Source of the DNA: an uncultured Cellvibrionaceae bacterium
Lineage (GTDB): Bacteria > Pseudomonadota > Gammaproteobacteria > Pseudomonadales > Cellvibrionaceae
Length of the DNA stretch: 64,000 bases
Direction of reading: 5' to 3'
Assembly: GCA_964419935.1 (NCBI GenBank)
Contig: CAYQQJ010000015.1
Location: forward strand, 17,478 to 81,477
In this document: in pieces, positions 19,282 to 30,290 of the stretch
Position numbering within the stretch: position 1 is the first letter of the stretch
How the letters are laid out: each line of letters begins with the position of its first letter
Notes under the pieces: generated by a model
What the model was told of the DNA's origin: nothing
Databases searched by the model: none
Seen by the model: the letters and a program-made list of their open reading frames with translations, nothing else
Program-made: the position numbers and the translations under genes

Positions 19282-20028
19282 TTACTCAGCCGCTGCAGGC
19301 TCTTCTTCCTGCTCTTGTTCACTGGAAGCGACGTCCAGCAGCTCCACTTCAAAGATAAGGGTTTCATTCGGGCCGATTGGGCCGGAAGTACCACCAGGGC
19401 CATAAGCCAGATCCGACGGAATAGTCAGTTCCCACTTGTCACCTACCTGCATCAATTGCAGCGCTTCGATCCAGCCGGGGATAACACCGTTAACGGGGAA
19501 TGTTGCGGGCTGGCCGCGTTCAACCGAGCTATCGAATACGGTACCGTCAATCAGACGACCCGTATAGTGAACAGTAACCTGATCTTCAGCGGCAGGGGTT
19601 GCACCATCACCTTCGGTAATCACCTTGTACTGCAGCCCGCTTTCAGTTGTTTCCACACCTTCTTTGCCGGCGTTTTCAGCCAAATAGGTTTCGCCTTCCT
19701 GTTTGTTCTCTTCAGCGGCCTTCGCCATCGCTTCCTGCTGTTTCGCTTGTTGCTGCGTCTGGAAAGCGGTCATAGCGGCCTGGCTTTCTTCGTCGTTCAG
19801 TCGCGACTCTTTATCACCTGCCACATCGGATACAGCGAGACTGATAGCATCAACATCAATGGTAAAGTTGCTGGCCTTGGCCTGGCTGGCCATGTTGTAG
19901 CCAACGATATAGCTGACTTTCTGTTCCAGTGTGTCCAGCTGAGTGGACGGCTCCTGCTTTTCCTCGCCACCACAAGCAGTCAACACAATTGCCGTTGCGG
20001 CCATGCCTACTAAAAGATACTGTTTCAT
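19282..20028 (-). CDS. fklB: FKBP-type peptidyl-prolyl cis-trans isomerase (lipoprotein)
   Basis: 248 aa with lipobox LTACGG and an FKBP domain ([18 protein letters not shown]...[26 protein letters not shown]). Confidence 0.9.
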   Translation of the reverse strand: MKQYLLVGMAATAIVLTACGGEEKQEPSTQLDTLEQKVSYIVGYNMASQAKASNFTIDVDAISLAVSDVAGDKESRLNDEESQAAMTAFQTQQQAKQQEAMAKAAEENKQEGETYLAENAGKEGVETTESGLQYKVITEGDGATPAAEDQVTVHYTGRLIDGTVFDSSVERGQPATFPVNGVIPGWIEALQLMQVGDKWELTIPSDLAYGPGGTSGPIGPNETLIFEVELLDVASSEQEQEEEPAAAE

Positions 20029-20528
20029 AGTCTAGTCCCGTTATTGGTCTTTGGTTTTTCGTTAACGCCAACAGCAGGCGCTATTTAAAACTGAGCACAG
20101 ACGATACACGTTTATGCGCGAATTCGCTAGATAGGGCTGCCCGCGTGAGCCATGCCTGACAGCGAGCCTCCTGACACATCGCCGACAGAGAGTCTGCAGA
20201 CAGGGCGCGTCACTGATTGGATGAAGCAGGAGTCCGTGTCAGATTCACTTCGAGTGCCGATCAGGCAACTGCCGGATGATATTTAATCCAGTCAGCCTAT
20301 GCCGCTACAGTATTCACAGTTTCGTGCATTTCACGCGCTGCATTCCATCCCGGCCAGATGATCTGATAACAATTTCATCGCCCTATTGGCAATGAACGCC
20401 GATGCCAATAAAATTGGCCTCGATTTCGGCGTGGAACCGCGTAAACTTTTCGCAACCACAGGCTGTAAATCTTGTCTGTAGTTTTAGAACTCGATTCCAC
20501 TCCATCTTTCATCATCAGGTACCTGCAC

Positions 20529-21434
20529 ATGGCCGCACGAAAAAAAGTTACTGATCCTGTCGTGGATCTGGAAAAAGAAATTGCCAAACTCACGACTCAA
20601 CTCGACAAAGCCCGCGCTCAGCGCATTACCGCTGCTGACAAGGCATTCAATCAAACTCAGGGCAAAATGGCAAAAGCCAAGCAAAAGCTCGCTCAACTAC
20701 GAGAGCGTCTGAGCAAGGCCAGCGCCTCGGCCGCAGGCAAAAAGACAGCCGCCGCCAAAACGCGAATCAGCAATGCCCGCGACGCAGTCGCAAACCAACG
20801 GCAGGAGCTCGACGCTCTCAAGGAGTTGTTGGCCGAGCAGAAGCAGGCATTGGCAGACCTGACAGCAGAGAAAAAAGCCGCAGACCAATTGGCAAAGATC
20901 GTCGCAAAGACAGAGAAGGACCTGCTGAAGAAGCGCAACGCCAAAGCGAAATCCACAAAACGCGCGCCGGCAAAACGTGCGAAGCCCGCATCGACCAGCG
21001 CAGCCGCCAGCTCATCGACGAAGGCCGCTGCAAAGTCATCCAGTAAAGCGTCAGCGACGAAGCCCGCAAAAAAGAAATCCGCGAGCAAAGCAGCCAGCCC
21101 GGCGACCAAAGCCGATGCCCCCAAGAAAAAGCCGGCCGCTACCAAGGCAAAAGCGAAGACGCCATCCACCAGCGTGAAACGCAAGGCTGGCACACGCAGC
21201 ACGGAAAAACCGGCAGCCAAACCAGCGGGCACACCGGCCCAATCAGCACCGGTAAAACCCGCCGAGAAGCAAGTGCCGCCGCCAGAGATGCCATCCGCTG
21301 ATAAAGCGGCACCCGCCCCTTCACCAACTACGCCGCCGGGCGTTCCGCAACCCGCCCAACAGTCTTCCAACGCAGCCGATGAACCGAATCCACAGCAATC
21401 GGGTACAGGCAGCCTGTTCGGTTCAGATCACTAA
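20529..21434 (+). CDS. AlgP-like histone-H1-like Ala/Lys/Pro-rich protein
   Basis: ATG at 20529. Coiled-coil N-terminus (KAKQKLAQLRERL...) followed by a ~170-aa K/A/P/S/T-rich tail. Same neighbourhood as algP in Pseudomonas. Confidence 0.6.
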   Translation: MAARKKVTDPVVDLEKEIAKLTTQLDKARAQRITAADKAFNQTQGKMAKAKQKLAQLRERLSKASASAAGKKTAAAKTRISNARDAVANQRQELDALKELLAEQKQALADLTAEKKAADQLAKIVAKTEKDLLKKRNAKAKSTKRAPAKRAKPASTSAAASSSTKAAAKSSSKASATKPAKKKSASKAASPATKADAPKKKPAATKAKAKTPSTSVKRKAGTRSTEKPAAKPAGTPAQSAPVKPAEKQVPPPEMPSADKAAPAPSPTTPPGVPQPAQQSSNAADEPNPQQSGTGSLFGSDH

Positions 21435-21497
21435 GATGATTGATGTCACGCCGGCAGCCCCTTAGGGGAAAGCCGGTGTGCCAGCAAGCAATTAATG

Positions 21498-21995
21498 CTA
21501 GCGGCCTGGATAGACATGGATCGCCGCAGTACGTAGCGGCGACACCCATTCATCTGACGGCAGATGGAGGTATACGACGAGCCGATCGAGAGGTCGGAGG
21601 GTAGTGGTGTCAGAGGGTGGAACCGTTGTATCTGCCATGGGCATACATTCAAGCGCCTGCAACAGAGATTTCTCGATGGCCAGTTCCGCCGCGAGAATAT
21701 GCCCGCGAACCTGCTCCGCAACCTCAGCACTCAGAGACGCCTCGGCCTTGATAAAGCGCCGAGCCTGACGTAGCGGCACCAGTGCCGGATCATTCACGCG
21801 GCGAACGCGCCTATAGCCACTGTGCAGAATGTCGTCGGCCAGTTCTTCCTTGCGTACATCAAGCCACGCGCACCATAAGAGTATCAGAACGTTGACCTGC
21901 TGCTGGTCTTGCAGATAGAGACATAACTCTTCAATGCCGGGTTCGGCATATAGCCTCTGACAAAATTCCCAGAGGTCACTGGCAGGCACAATCAA
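21498..21995 (-). CDS. TIGR02444-family conserved hypothetical protein
   Basis: 165 aa. The N-terminus LWEFCQRLYAEPGIEELCLYLQDQQQVNVLILLWCAWL matches my recollection of the TIGR02444/DUF2390 family. Confidence 0.55.
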   Translation of the reverse strand: MIVPASDLWEFCQRLYAEPGIEELCLYLQDQQQVNVLILLWCAWLDVRKEELADDILHSGYRRVRRVNDPALVPLRQARRFIKAEASLSAEVAEQVRGHILAAELAIEKSLLQALECMPMADTTVPPSDTTTLRPLDRLVVYLHLPSDEWVSPLRTAAIHVYPGR

Positions 21996-22013
21996 ACTCC
22001 GTCATAGAAGACA

Positions 22014-22799
22014 CTATGCATTTTTGCGAAAGATGATATCCCATACACCGTGCCCTCGCAGCTCACCACGGGTTTCGAATTTTGTCGTGGGCCGATAATC
22101 AGGTCGCTCGGCAAAACAATAACTGCTGGCGGTATTTTCAAAACCCGGCGCTGCACACATCACTTCCATCATGTACTGCGCGTAGTTTTCCCAGTCCGTA
22201 GCCATGTGGCAGATGCCGCCGGGTTTCAGCTTCTGCCGAATTATCGCAACAAATTCAGGCTGCACGATTCGACGCTTCTGGTGCTTTTTCTTGTGCCACG
22301 GGTCGGGAAAGAACAACTGGAAACGGTCCAGACTTTCATCAGCGATGCAATCAGCCAAAACGTCCAACGCATCCGCCATGTATACCCGAACATTACGCAG
22401 CTGCGCTTGGCCAGCATTGTTGATCAGCCGACCCACGCCGGGCGGATGCACTTCAATGCCGATAAAATCCGTCTCCGGCGAGTCAGTCGCCATGGTCACC
22501 AGGGAGTCACCCATGCCGAAACCCACCTCCAGCACTACCGGCGCACTGCGCCCGAAGGCTTCAGTGGTGGAGAGCGGTCCATCGAACAAACTCAAACCAT
22601 AGGCCGGCCACCAATTATCGAATGCTGCCCTCTGGCCATCGGTCATGCGCCCGGCACGAATGACGTAGCTGCGTATGGATTTTTTCTTGAACTCTGGTTT
22701 CGTGACGAGTTTCGTAACGGGTTTTGTGACAGGTTCCATGACCGGCTTCGTAACGGATTCGGTAATTGGTGTCGTAACGGGTTTCATAACTGATTTCAC
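22014..22799 (-). CDS. trmB: tRNA (guanine-N7)-methyltransferase
   Basis: SAM-methyltransferase motifs VLEVGFGMGDSL and FFPDPWHKKKHQKRR. The N-terminus carries VTKP-type tandem repeats, so the true start could be the internal Met (MEPVTKP...). Confidence 0.9.
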   Translation of the reverse strand: MKSVMKPVTTPITESVTKPVMEPVTKPVTKLVTKPEFKKKSIRSYVIRAGRMTDGQRAAFDNWWPAYGLSLFDGPLSTTEAFGRSAPVVLEVGFGMGDSLVTMATDSPETDFIGIEVHPPGVGRLINNAGQAQLRNVRVYMADALDVLADCIADESLDRFQLFFPDPWHKKKHQKRRIVQPEFVAIIRQKLKPGGICHMATDWENYAQYMMEVMCAAPGFENTASSYCFAERPDYRPTTKFETRGELRGHGVWDIIFRKNA

Positions 22800-22813
22800 A
22801 AGCTCTCAATCCA

Positions 22814-23194
22814 TCAACTGCGCAAGGCGAACACCAACAGGCTGATCCAGCCCGCTATGAACAGTGCCCCGCCCAATGGCGTTATCGGACCCAGCCAGCG
22901 CGGGCCACCCAACGCAAGAAAGTACAGACTGCCACAGAACAACAGCATGCCCACGCTGAACAGCACCGCGCTGGTTGTGAGCGCGCTACTGCGCAGGCTC
23001 TGCTGCATCAAAATACTTAGCCCGAGCAACGCCAGCGCGTGAACAAAGTGGTACTGCACCGCAGTTTGCCAGACGGACAATGCCCGCTCATCCAGCCGCG
23101 CTTTAAGTGCATGCGCGCCAAACGCGCCCAGCACCACAGCCAGCCCACCATTGGCGGCGGCTACTACCAGAAACAACTTGGGAATTACTTGCAT
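22814..23194 (-). CDS. DUF423 (YgdD-like) membrane protein
   Basis: GAFGAHALK motif and four TM segments. Start moved to the ATG at 23194, because the ORF-track TTG at 23257 lies inside the rpoH terminator T-tract. Confidence 0.8.
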   Translation of the reverse strand: MQVIPKLFLVVAAANGGLAVVLGAFGAHALKARLDERALSVWQTAVQYHFVHALALLGLSILMQQSLRSSALTTSAVLFSVGMLLFCGSLYFLALGGPRWLGPITPLGGALFIAGWISLLVFALRS

Positions 23195-23255
23195 GACAAA
23201 AGACGCTCGTTGGGAGCCAGACAGTCCTGGAATATTTTGGAAATGATGGGTGCTC

Positions 23256-23286
23256 AAAAAAAAAGCCGCGCATCGGCGCGGCTTTT
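23256..23286 (-). terminator. intrinsic terminator downstream of rpoH
   Basis: Stem GCCGCGC/GCGCGGC with loop ATCG. On the minus strand it is followed by a 9-nt T-run. Lies 20 nt after the rpoH stop. Confidence 0.75.
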
Positions 23287-23305
23287 CATTCTACAGGGGA
23301 GTGGA

Positions 23306-24163
23306 TCAGGCTTCCATCATCACCCGAATTTTCTTCATGGCATTTTTTTCCAGCTGGCGTATGCGTTCGGCGGAAACACCGTATTCATCAGCCAGGTCGT
23401 GAAGCGTGGCTTTTTCTTCATTCAGCCAGCGCTTCTGCAGAATATCCCGACTGCGATCATCCAGGTCGGTCATGGCTACCTGCAAACCGTCAGCGCTGCT
23501 TGAACGCCAATCATCGTCTTCGAGCATGCGCGATGGATCATAGCGCTGATCTTCCAGGTAATTGGCCGGCGCCAGATAAGCCGTATCATCATCTTCATCG
23601 GAGCCGGCATCGAAAGTCGCATCGAATGACGCCAAGCGTCCTTCCATATCATGTACATGCTGCACGTCGACGTTCAGATCAGCAGCAACGGCCTTGGCTT
23701 CTTCATGAGTGAGCCAACCGAGACGCTTCTTTTTACCGCGCAGGTTGAAGAAGAGTTTGCGCTGGGCTTTGGTGGTGGCGATTTTCACGATACGCCAGTT
23801 GCGCAGAATATATTCATGTATTTCCGCCTTGATCCAATGCACCGCAAAGGAGATCAGACGAACACCCTTTTCAGGATTGAAGCGCTTGACCGCTTTCATC
23901 AGGCCGACATTGCCTTCCTGGATCAGGTCAGCCTGGGGCAGCCCATAGCCGCCATAGGACTTGGCAATGTGAACCACAAATCGCAGGTGCGAGAGTACCA
24001 GACGGCGCGCGGCATCCAGATCTTCGCGATAATAGAGATCCTCTGCCAGAGCTTTTTCGTCTTCGGCAGACAATACCGGGTAACCATTGACCGCCTGCAT
24101 ATACGCATTCAGGTTCTGACCCGGCGCAATGATTCCCGCAGACTGTAGACTAGTGCCCTTCAT
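23306..24163 (-). CDS. rpoH: RNA polymerase sigma-32 (heat-shock sigma factor)
   Basis: RpoH box [11 protein letters not shown] and sigma-70 regions 2-4. ATG at 24163 preceded by GGAGG. Downstream of ftsYEX as in E. coli. Confidence 0.95.
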   Translation of the reverse strand: MKGTSLQSAGIIAPGQNLNAYMQAVNGYPVLSAEDEKALAEDLYYREDLDAARRLVLSHLRFVVHIAKSYGGYGLPQADLIQEGNVGLMKAVKRFNPEKGVRLISFAVHWIKAEIHEYILRNWRIVKIATTKAQRKLFFNLRGKKKRLGWLTHEEAKAVAADLNVDVQHVHDMEGRLASFDATFDAGSDEDDDTAYLAPANYLEDQRYDPSRMLEDDDWRSSSADGLQVAMTDLDDRSRDILQKRWLNEEKATLHDLADEYGVSAERIRQLEKNAMKKIRVMMEA

Positions 24164-24377
24164 TGTTTTACCTCCAGTAAACCAGCGATAGAGTGTAGCA
24201 CTCCGCATCCGCTATCGCCAAGTGGCCGCCCGACCAGCCAATAATGCTGAAACCTCCGCCTCCTTATACAGGCTATACAGAGAGCCTTGATTGGGATTCA
24301 CGCTGGACGGGCGGTTCTGTGCTCCCTGAGACCACAAGGTCGCGCAGCGGTTCAATTTATCTGTGCCTGTTTTACCC

Positions 24378-25439
24378 TTACTTCGGCTCAATCTGGCTCA
24401 GGTGGCGGCTAACCGCCAGCCAGGCGCCAAGCCAACCAATCAAGGTGCTCAGAGCCACAAGCGCGACATTGCCGGCAAATCCCAACCCGGCGAGCTGATA
24501 ATCACTTTGATAGCTAGCCGCCAAGCGTGCCACGGAGCCGCTGATGGCCCAGTAGCCAAATGCCACCAGCACGCACGCGAGAATGCCACCCATGAACCCG
24601 TACCAACCACCGGTATAAAGGAAGGGCCGGCGCACAAAACCATCAGTGCCGCCGACCAGCTTGGTCACCACAATCTCGTCACGGCGGTTTTCAATGGCCA
24701 GGCGAATAGTGTTGCCGATTGCCACCAGCAAGCCCAACGCCAGCAGGGCCGCCAGTGCGTAAACAATGCGCTGTCCGAGCACCATCAGCTCGCGCAGCCG
24801 CTTCACCCATTCCATATCGAGACTGACTTCGTCCACCAAGGGTTCTTGTGCCAGTTGTTCGGCCAGCAGCTTGATCTGCGCCGGCTGCCTGGTAGACGCA
24901 CCAGGCGCGATGATCATTGAGGGTGGGAGGGGGTTTTCATCCAACGCGTCCAGTGCAACCGCAAAGCCCGATGTCGCGCGCAGATCCTGTATTGCCTGTT
25001 CGGGAGACACGTAGGTCAGCTCGGCAATTTCCGGCATCGCGGACAGCCGCTGTCGCAGCTCGTCAATCGCGAGGCCCTGTGCCCGCGCGTCCAGGTACAG
25101 GGATATCCGAGGGCTCGCGTCCCAGTTTTCTCCGAGCTGGTGAATATTGTTGAGCCCCACCAGCAAGGTGGCGGGCAGGGCCAGAGCAATGGCCACCACC
25201 AGAGCCGTCATCAGGGTTTGCATGGGCTGAGCCAAGAGCCGATTTAAACTGCCTGTCGCTGAAGCTCGATGGTGGCCCCAGTAGGCTTTGGATACATCGG
25301 AAAAACGGGTTTTGCGCTGCACCGCACCGCTCTGTACGGACCCGCTTTTGGGCGAGTGGCGTGGAGGTGACTCCGGCGCCTGGCGGGACGCGCCACTTTT
25401 GCCTCTCCGCACACCAGTGCTTCTCATACCGGGGCTCAT
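24378..25439 (-). CDS. ftsX: cell-division ABC transporter permease FtsX
   Basis: 353 aa with four TM segments and a large periplasmic loop. Has a 4-nt overlap with the ftsE stop. Confidence 0.9.
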   Translation of the reverse strand: MSPGMRSTGVRRGKSGASRQAPESPPRHSPKSGSVQSGAVQRKTRFSDVSKAYWGHHRASATGSLNRLLAQPMQTLMTALVVAIALALPATLLVGLNNIHQLGENWDASPRISLYLDARAQGLAIDELRQRLSAMPEIAELTYVSPEQAIQDLRATSGFAVALDALDENPLPPSMIIAPGASTRQPAQIKLLAEQLAQEPLVDEVSLDMEWVKRLRELMVLGQRIVYALAALLALGLLVAIGNTIRLAIENRRDEIVVTKLVGGTDGFVRRPFLYTGGWYGFMGGILACVLVAFGYWAISGSVARLAASYQSDYQLAGLGFAGNVALVALSTLIGWLGAWLAVSRHLSQIEPK

Positions 25440-26104
25440 ACAAGCGCCCCGTCACGCGCAAGACGGCCATGGTCAAGAGTGAGCACCCGCTTACCCATAG
25501 CGCGTATGAGGGCCAGATCATGACTGGCAATCATCACGGTGACACCGACGCTGTTGAACTGGCGAAACAGCTGCATGATTTCCGCCGACAGGGCAGGGTC
25601 CAGGTTGCCGGTGGGCTCATCCGCGAGCAGCAGCGTGGGCTTGTTGACCACGGCGCGGGCGATGCCCACCCGTTGCTGCTCTCCACCAGACAGAGTAATG
25701 GGGTTGGCTTTTTCCTTGTCGAGCAAACCGACCTTATCCAATGCCGCACGCACCCGGCGACCCACTTCCCGCGACTGATAACCGGCAATTTGCAGGGGCA
25801 GGGCGATGTTTTCAAACACGCTACGGTCAAACAACAACTGGTGATTCTGGAACACCACGCCCACCTGACGGCGATGAAACGGCACCTGGCTGCGGCGCAA
25901 ACGGTTGAGGTTACGCCCGGCAATAACCACCTGGCCCGTGGTCGCGCGCTCCATCAGCATGATCAGCTTCATAAGGGTACTTTTTCCGGCACCGGAATGG
26001 CCGGTCAAGAACAGCATTTCTCCTGCGGCAACATCGAACGAGACGCCGGAGAGCGCTTCCTGGCCGCTGACATAACGCTTGCTGACTTGGTGAAAATTGA
26101 TCAT
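25436..26104 (-). CDS. ftsE: cell-division ABC transporter ATPase FtsE
   Basis: ATG at 26104 ([11 protein letters not shown]). Walker [10 protein letters not shown], signature LSGGEQQRV, Walker [10 protein letters not shown]. Confidence 0.95.
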   Translation of the reverse strand: MINFHQVSKRYVSGQEALSGVSFDVAAGEMLFLTGHSGAGKSTLMKLIMLMERATTGQVVIAGRNLNRLRRSQVPFHRRQVGVVFQNHQLLFDRSVFENIALPLQIAGYQSREVGRRVRAALDKVGLLDKEKANPITLSGGEQQRVGIARAVVNKPTLLLADEPTGNLDPALSAEIMQLFRQFNSVGVTVMIASHDLALIRAMGKRVLTLDHGRLARDGALV

Positions 26105-26153
26105 GGTTTCTCTGCTGCCGGGTATCCGAGCACACCACCCGGCTCCATTATTA

Positions 26154-27305
26154 TCATTGAACGCTATTGTCATTAAACAATGCGTCGACAAATTCCCGGG
26201 CGGCGAACGGCTGTAAATCCTCGATGGCTTCGCCCACACCGATATAGCGCACCGGAATGCCGAGCTTTTTGCTAAGCGCAAAGATGATACCGCCTTTTGC
26301 CGTGCCGTCGAGCTTGGTCAACACAATGCCGGTGACACCCGCCGCTGTGTTGAATTGCTCTGCCTGGCTCACTGCATTCTGTCCGGTACCCGCATCCAGC
26401 ACCAATAGGACCTCATGAGGCGCAGTGGCATCAAGCTTTGCCATGACGCGCTTGACCTTGGCCAGCTCGTCCATTAAATGGCTCTTGTTGTGCAGACGAC
26501 CGGCGGTGTCTGCGATGATAACGTCCGTCCCGCGGGATTGGGCCGACTGCACCGCATCAAAAATTACCGAGGCACTATCCGCACCGGTATGTTGGGCAAT
26601 AACCGGAATTCGGTTGCGCTCCCCCCACACCTGCAATTGCTCCACCGCCGCGGCGCGGAAGGTGTCACCGGCAGCAAGCATCACCGACTTGCCCTCATTC
26701 TGCAGGCGCTTTGCCAGCTTGCCGATGGTAGTGGTTTTGCCCACACCGTTAACGCCCACCACGAGAATGACATAGGGCTTGCGGGACGAGTCAATGACCA
26801 GCGGCTGTTCTACCTGGGCCAATAGGTCCTGCAACGCGTTGCGCAGCGCTGCATACAGGGCGCCCGAGTCATTCAGCTGCTTGCGCGCAACCCGCGCGGT
26901 CAGGTCATCAATGATGTCGGTGGTTGCATCCACACCAACGTCAGCCATCAGAAGCTGGGTTTCTATATCTTCCAACAGCTCGTCATCAATGGCTTTCTTG
27001 CCGAGCAGCAAGTTGCCCAGACCGCTCGCAAACTGGCCACTGGTGCGGGACAAGCCGCGCTTGATACGGGCAAACATGCCTTTGGGTTCCTGCGACTCGC
27101 CAGTCGCATCGGGCTCCTGTGCCACAGTGGACGCAGGTGCCGGCACCTCGGGTTCGGTCAATTCGGGGGGCATCGCCTCAGCAGTAACTTCGGCGTCAAT
27201 CACCTCAGGGGCAGCATCAACCTCGGTCGCTTTTTTGGAGTGAGCGTCGTCCTGTTGATCCGCAGGTGCTTCCGGCTTGCTTTTTTTACGCTTAAAAAAC
27301 ATCAT
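26154..27305 (-). CDS. ftsY: signal recognition particle receptor FtsY
   Basis: Acidic N-terminal domain followed by an NG domain ([25 protein letters not shown]). ATG-ATG at 27305 preferred. Confidence 0.95.
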   Translation of the reverse strand: MMFFKRKKSKPEAPADQQDDAHSKKATEVDAAPEVIDAEVTAEAMPPELTEPEVPAPASTVAQEPDATGESQEPKGMFARIKRGLSRTSGQFASGLGNLLLGKKAIDDELLEDIETQLLMADVGVDATTDIIDDLTARVARKQLNDSGALYAALRNALQDLLAQVEQPLVIDSSRKPYVILVVGVNGVGKTTTIGKLAKRLQNEGKSVMLAAGDTFRAAAVEQLQVWGERNRIPVIAQHTGADSASVIFDAVQSAQSRGTDVIIADTAGRLHNKSHLMDELAKVKRVMAKLDATAPHEVLLVLDAGTGQNAVSQAEQFNTAAGVTGIVLTKLDGTAKGGIIFALSKKLGIPVRYIGVGEAIEDLQPFAAREFVDALFNDNSVQ

Positions 27306-27453
27306 GGTCCGACTTTTGTCCAAGGCATCCGTTTCCACGCACCTGGCAAGGTCGTAAAAAAGATGCGGAATAATCTGAAAAGATGGAGTGGCAATCTGTG
27401 CGCAGGAAAGTGTGTAATCCTACCATTAGTCTGTCTGTTTTTAGAGTACTGCG

Positions 27454-28059
27454 TTGAAAACGCGGGACAAAAATACCGTGTCAGCCACTTCCAGCCTGCG
27501 CATCATCGCTGGCCAATGGCGCGGCCGCAAGCTACCCATCCTGACCAGCGACGGCTTGCGCCCCACTGGAGACCGGTTGCGCGAGACATTGTTCAACTGG
27601 CTCGCACCCTACATCCCCCGAGCGCGTTGTTTGGACCTGTTTGCCGGCACCGGCGCACTGGGGCTGGAAGCGCTCTCCCGTGGAGCCGAGTCTGCCACAC
27701 TGCTGGAGCTTGATCGCGTGGTAGCAAGCCAGCTGCGCCGCAACTGCGCCACTTTGGATGCAACCCACGCCGACGTCATTGAAACCAGCGCACTTGACTG
27801 GCTCAGCCAGCAGAATGGTGTTGCCGACGCAGAGCCGCGGACATTCGACCTGGTATTTGTCGATCCACCGTTTGCCGCCGACTTATGGCAAGCTGCCATA
27901 GACGCGCTCGCCCAGCACCCCATACTGGCCCCGGATGCAGTGATATATATCGAGACGCCCAAACAAGTCCAGCTGCAGGTGCCCGAAGACTGGCTCCTGC
28001 ACCGACGCAAGCAAGTGGGCGCAGTCTGTTGCTATTTGTTCCTGCGCCAAAGCGAGTGA
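27454..28059 (+). CDS. rsmD: 16S rRNA (guanine966-N2)-methyltransferase
   Basis: LRIIAGQWRGRKL and the VFVDPPF motif. Divergent from ftsY as in E. coli. Confidence 0.9.
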   Translation: MKTRDKNTVSATSSLRIIAGQWRGRKLPILTSDGLRPTGDRLRETLFNWLAPYIPRARCLDLFAGTGALGLEALSRGAESATLLELDRVVASQLRRNCATLDATHADVIETSALDWLSQQNGVADAEPRTFDLVFVDPPFAADLWQAAIDALAQHPILAPDAVIYIETPKQVQLQVPEDWLLHRRKQVGAVCCYLFLRQSE

Positions 28060-28250
28060 CGGCAATTAATAAAGGTGCGCTAAAGACAATACGCGACAAA
28101 GCGGGGTAAACTCGCACCCAGGAGCAGGCCGTTTCAGTACAGGAGTTGTGCGCCCTGAACAAATCGCTTCGCCACAGAGTCCCAAACCAATAACTGCACC
28201 CTTGAACCATATAATCAAAACTTCATTCATTTTGGCGCTTTAGGTAATAG

Positions 28251-28745
<495 letters not shown>

Positions 28746-28761
28746 GGCACCCAAAAGCCGC

Positions 28762-29577
28762 CTATTTTTGACACTGAGTGCAATAGACGGTGCTGCGCTG
28801 ACTGACTCGCCGCTCGGTCAGCAGCTTATCGCAGGTTTTGCAGGCCTGCCCGCTGCGCCCGTAGACCCACAGCTCCTGCGCAAAATAGCCGGGCTTGCCA
28901 TCGCCTCCGACAAAATCCCGCAGCGTCGTACCTCCGCGTTCAATTGCGGCGGCCAGTATGCGTTTGACCTCCACCACCAGGCGCTCACACTCTGCCCGCG
29001 TCAGCTTGCCTGCCTTGCGCAAGGGATGAATACCGGCAGCAAAAAGTGCCTCATTCGCGTATATGTTGCCGACTCCCACCACCACTCGGCTGTCCATCAA
29101 CCATGTTTTTACCGCTTGAGTGCGTTTGCGCGAGCGGGCGAACAAGTATTCGGCGGTGAAGTCGCCCAACAGCGGTTCCGGCCCCAGATGGTAAAGCAAC
29201 TTGTGGGACTCCAGCGGTTCCGCCGTCCACAGCACTGCACCGAAACGACGCGGATCGTGAAAGCGCAATATGCGCTGGTCATCAAAGACCATATCAACAT
29301 GATCGTGTTTGCCGACAGCGTCGCCCGCCTGCACCAGGCGCAGACTTCCCGACATCCCCAGGTGCCAGATCAGAACGCCGGCCGGAAACTGCAACAACAG
29401 ATACTTGCCACGGCGCTCGATGGTTTCCAGAACCAGGCCGCGCACAATGTCCGGTAAGTCCGGCGGCACCGGCCAACGCAAGCTGCCGTTGCGCACCACC
29501 AGATTCTGCACGCGCCGCCCAACTACGTGCGGAGTGATACCGCGTCGGGTGGTTTCAACTTCAGGAAGCTCTGGCAT
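28762..29577 (-). CDS. mutM: formamidopyrimidine-DNA glycosylase
   Basis: [14 protein letters not shown]-terminus (ATG at 29577) and a C-terminal zinc finger (CKTCDKLL...VYCTQCQ). Confidence 0.95.
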   Translation of the reverse strand: MPELPEVETTRRGITPHVVGRRVQNLVVRNGSLRWPVPPDLPDIVRGLVLETIERRGKYLLLQFPAGVLIWHLGMSGSLRLVQAGDAVGKHDHVDMVFDDQRILRFHDPRRFGAVLWTAEPLESHKLLYHLGPEPLLGDFTAEYLFARSRKRTQAVKTWLMDSRVVVGVGNIYANEALFAAGIHPLRKAGKLTRAECERLVVEVKRILAAAIERGGTTLRDFVGGDGKPGYFAQELWVYGRSGQACKTCDKLLTERRVSQRSTVYCTQCQK

Positions 29578-29632
29578 GGCACGTCCAATCGATATCAACA
29601 GAGATAATAACAGCTGGGTAAACCGCGGATAC

Positions 29633-29657
29633 AAAAAAGCCCGGTCGAAACCAGGCT
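29633..29657 (-). terminator. intrinsic terminator downstream of rpmG
   Basis: The minus strand reads AGCCUGG-UUUCGA-CCGGGCU followed by UUUUUU, about 45 nt after the rpmG stop. Confidence 0.6.
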
Positions 29658-29702
29658 CTTGAAGACGCTATGCAATAGCTACGCATCGCGCAGCCGAAAG
29701 GC

Positions 29703-29858
29703 TTACTTGATCTTGCCTTCCTTGTACATGACATGCTTGCGGATAACGGGATCGAATTTCTTGATCTCCATTTTCTCCGGCATGTTGCGCTTGTTTTTGT
29801 CAGTGGTGTAGAAGTGGCCGGTACCGGCACTTGAGTTCAATCGAATCTTGTCACGCAT
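29703..29858 (-). CDS. rpmG: 50S ribosomal protein L33
   Basis: Own translation; below the ORF-track size cut-off. [51 protein letters not shown], 51 aa, directly downstream of rpmB. Confidence 0.9.
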   Translation of the reverse strand: MRDKIRLNSSAGTGHFYTTDKNKRNMPEKMEIKKFDPVIRKHVMYKEGKIK

Positions 29859-29882
29859 GACGTTGTCTCCTCAGTGAGCGGC

Positions 29883-30119
29883 TTAAACTTTTTCGCCGCG
29901 CGCGCGTATCTCGGTCAAAACCTGATCGATACCGCATTTGTCAATGATACGCATACCTTTGGAAGAAACACGCAGTCTTACGAAACGCTTTTCCGCCTCC
30001 ACCCAAAAACGGTGGCTATGCAAATTTGGCAAAAAACGACGCTTGGTGTGGTTTTTTGCGTGGGATACGTTGTTGCCGGTTACCGGACGCTTGCCAGTAA
30101 CTTGACATACCTTGGACAT
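29883..30119 (-). CDS. rpmB: 50S ribosomal protein L28
   Basis: [33 protein letters not shown]..., 78 aa. Confidence 0.95.
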   Translation of the reverse strand: MSKVCQVTGKRPVTGNNVSHAKNHTKRRFLPNLHSHRFWVEAEKRFVRLRVSSKGMRIIDKCGIDQVLTEIRARGEKV

Positions 30120-30290
30120 GGTCTCGCCTCTTGAATATCGATTCGCCGTTCAATGCAGAGCTCTAACCCTTTGATTTCAGGCCACTTGCGCTACATCCCG
30201 TATGGGTTTAATTCGGGTCTGAATCAGGTTTACCACAGTTTCTGGCGCGCCATCAGCGCTACCCGATTGCAAAGAGGCGCGATTTATACC

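Noticed and set aside
20385-20409. Inverted repeat ATTGGCA-N11-TGCCAAT about 120 bp upstream of the AlgP-like gene.
   Set aside because: It is a single short 7-bp repeat in a 500-bp gap and matches no regulator motif I can name. It cannot be distinguished from chance without comparative data.
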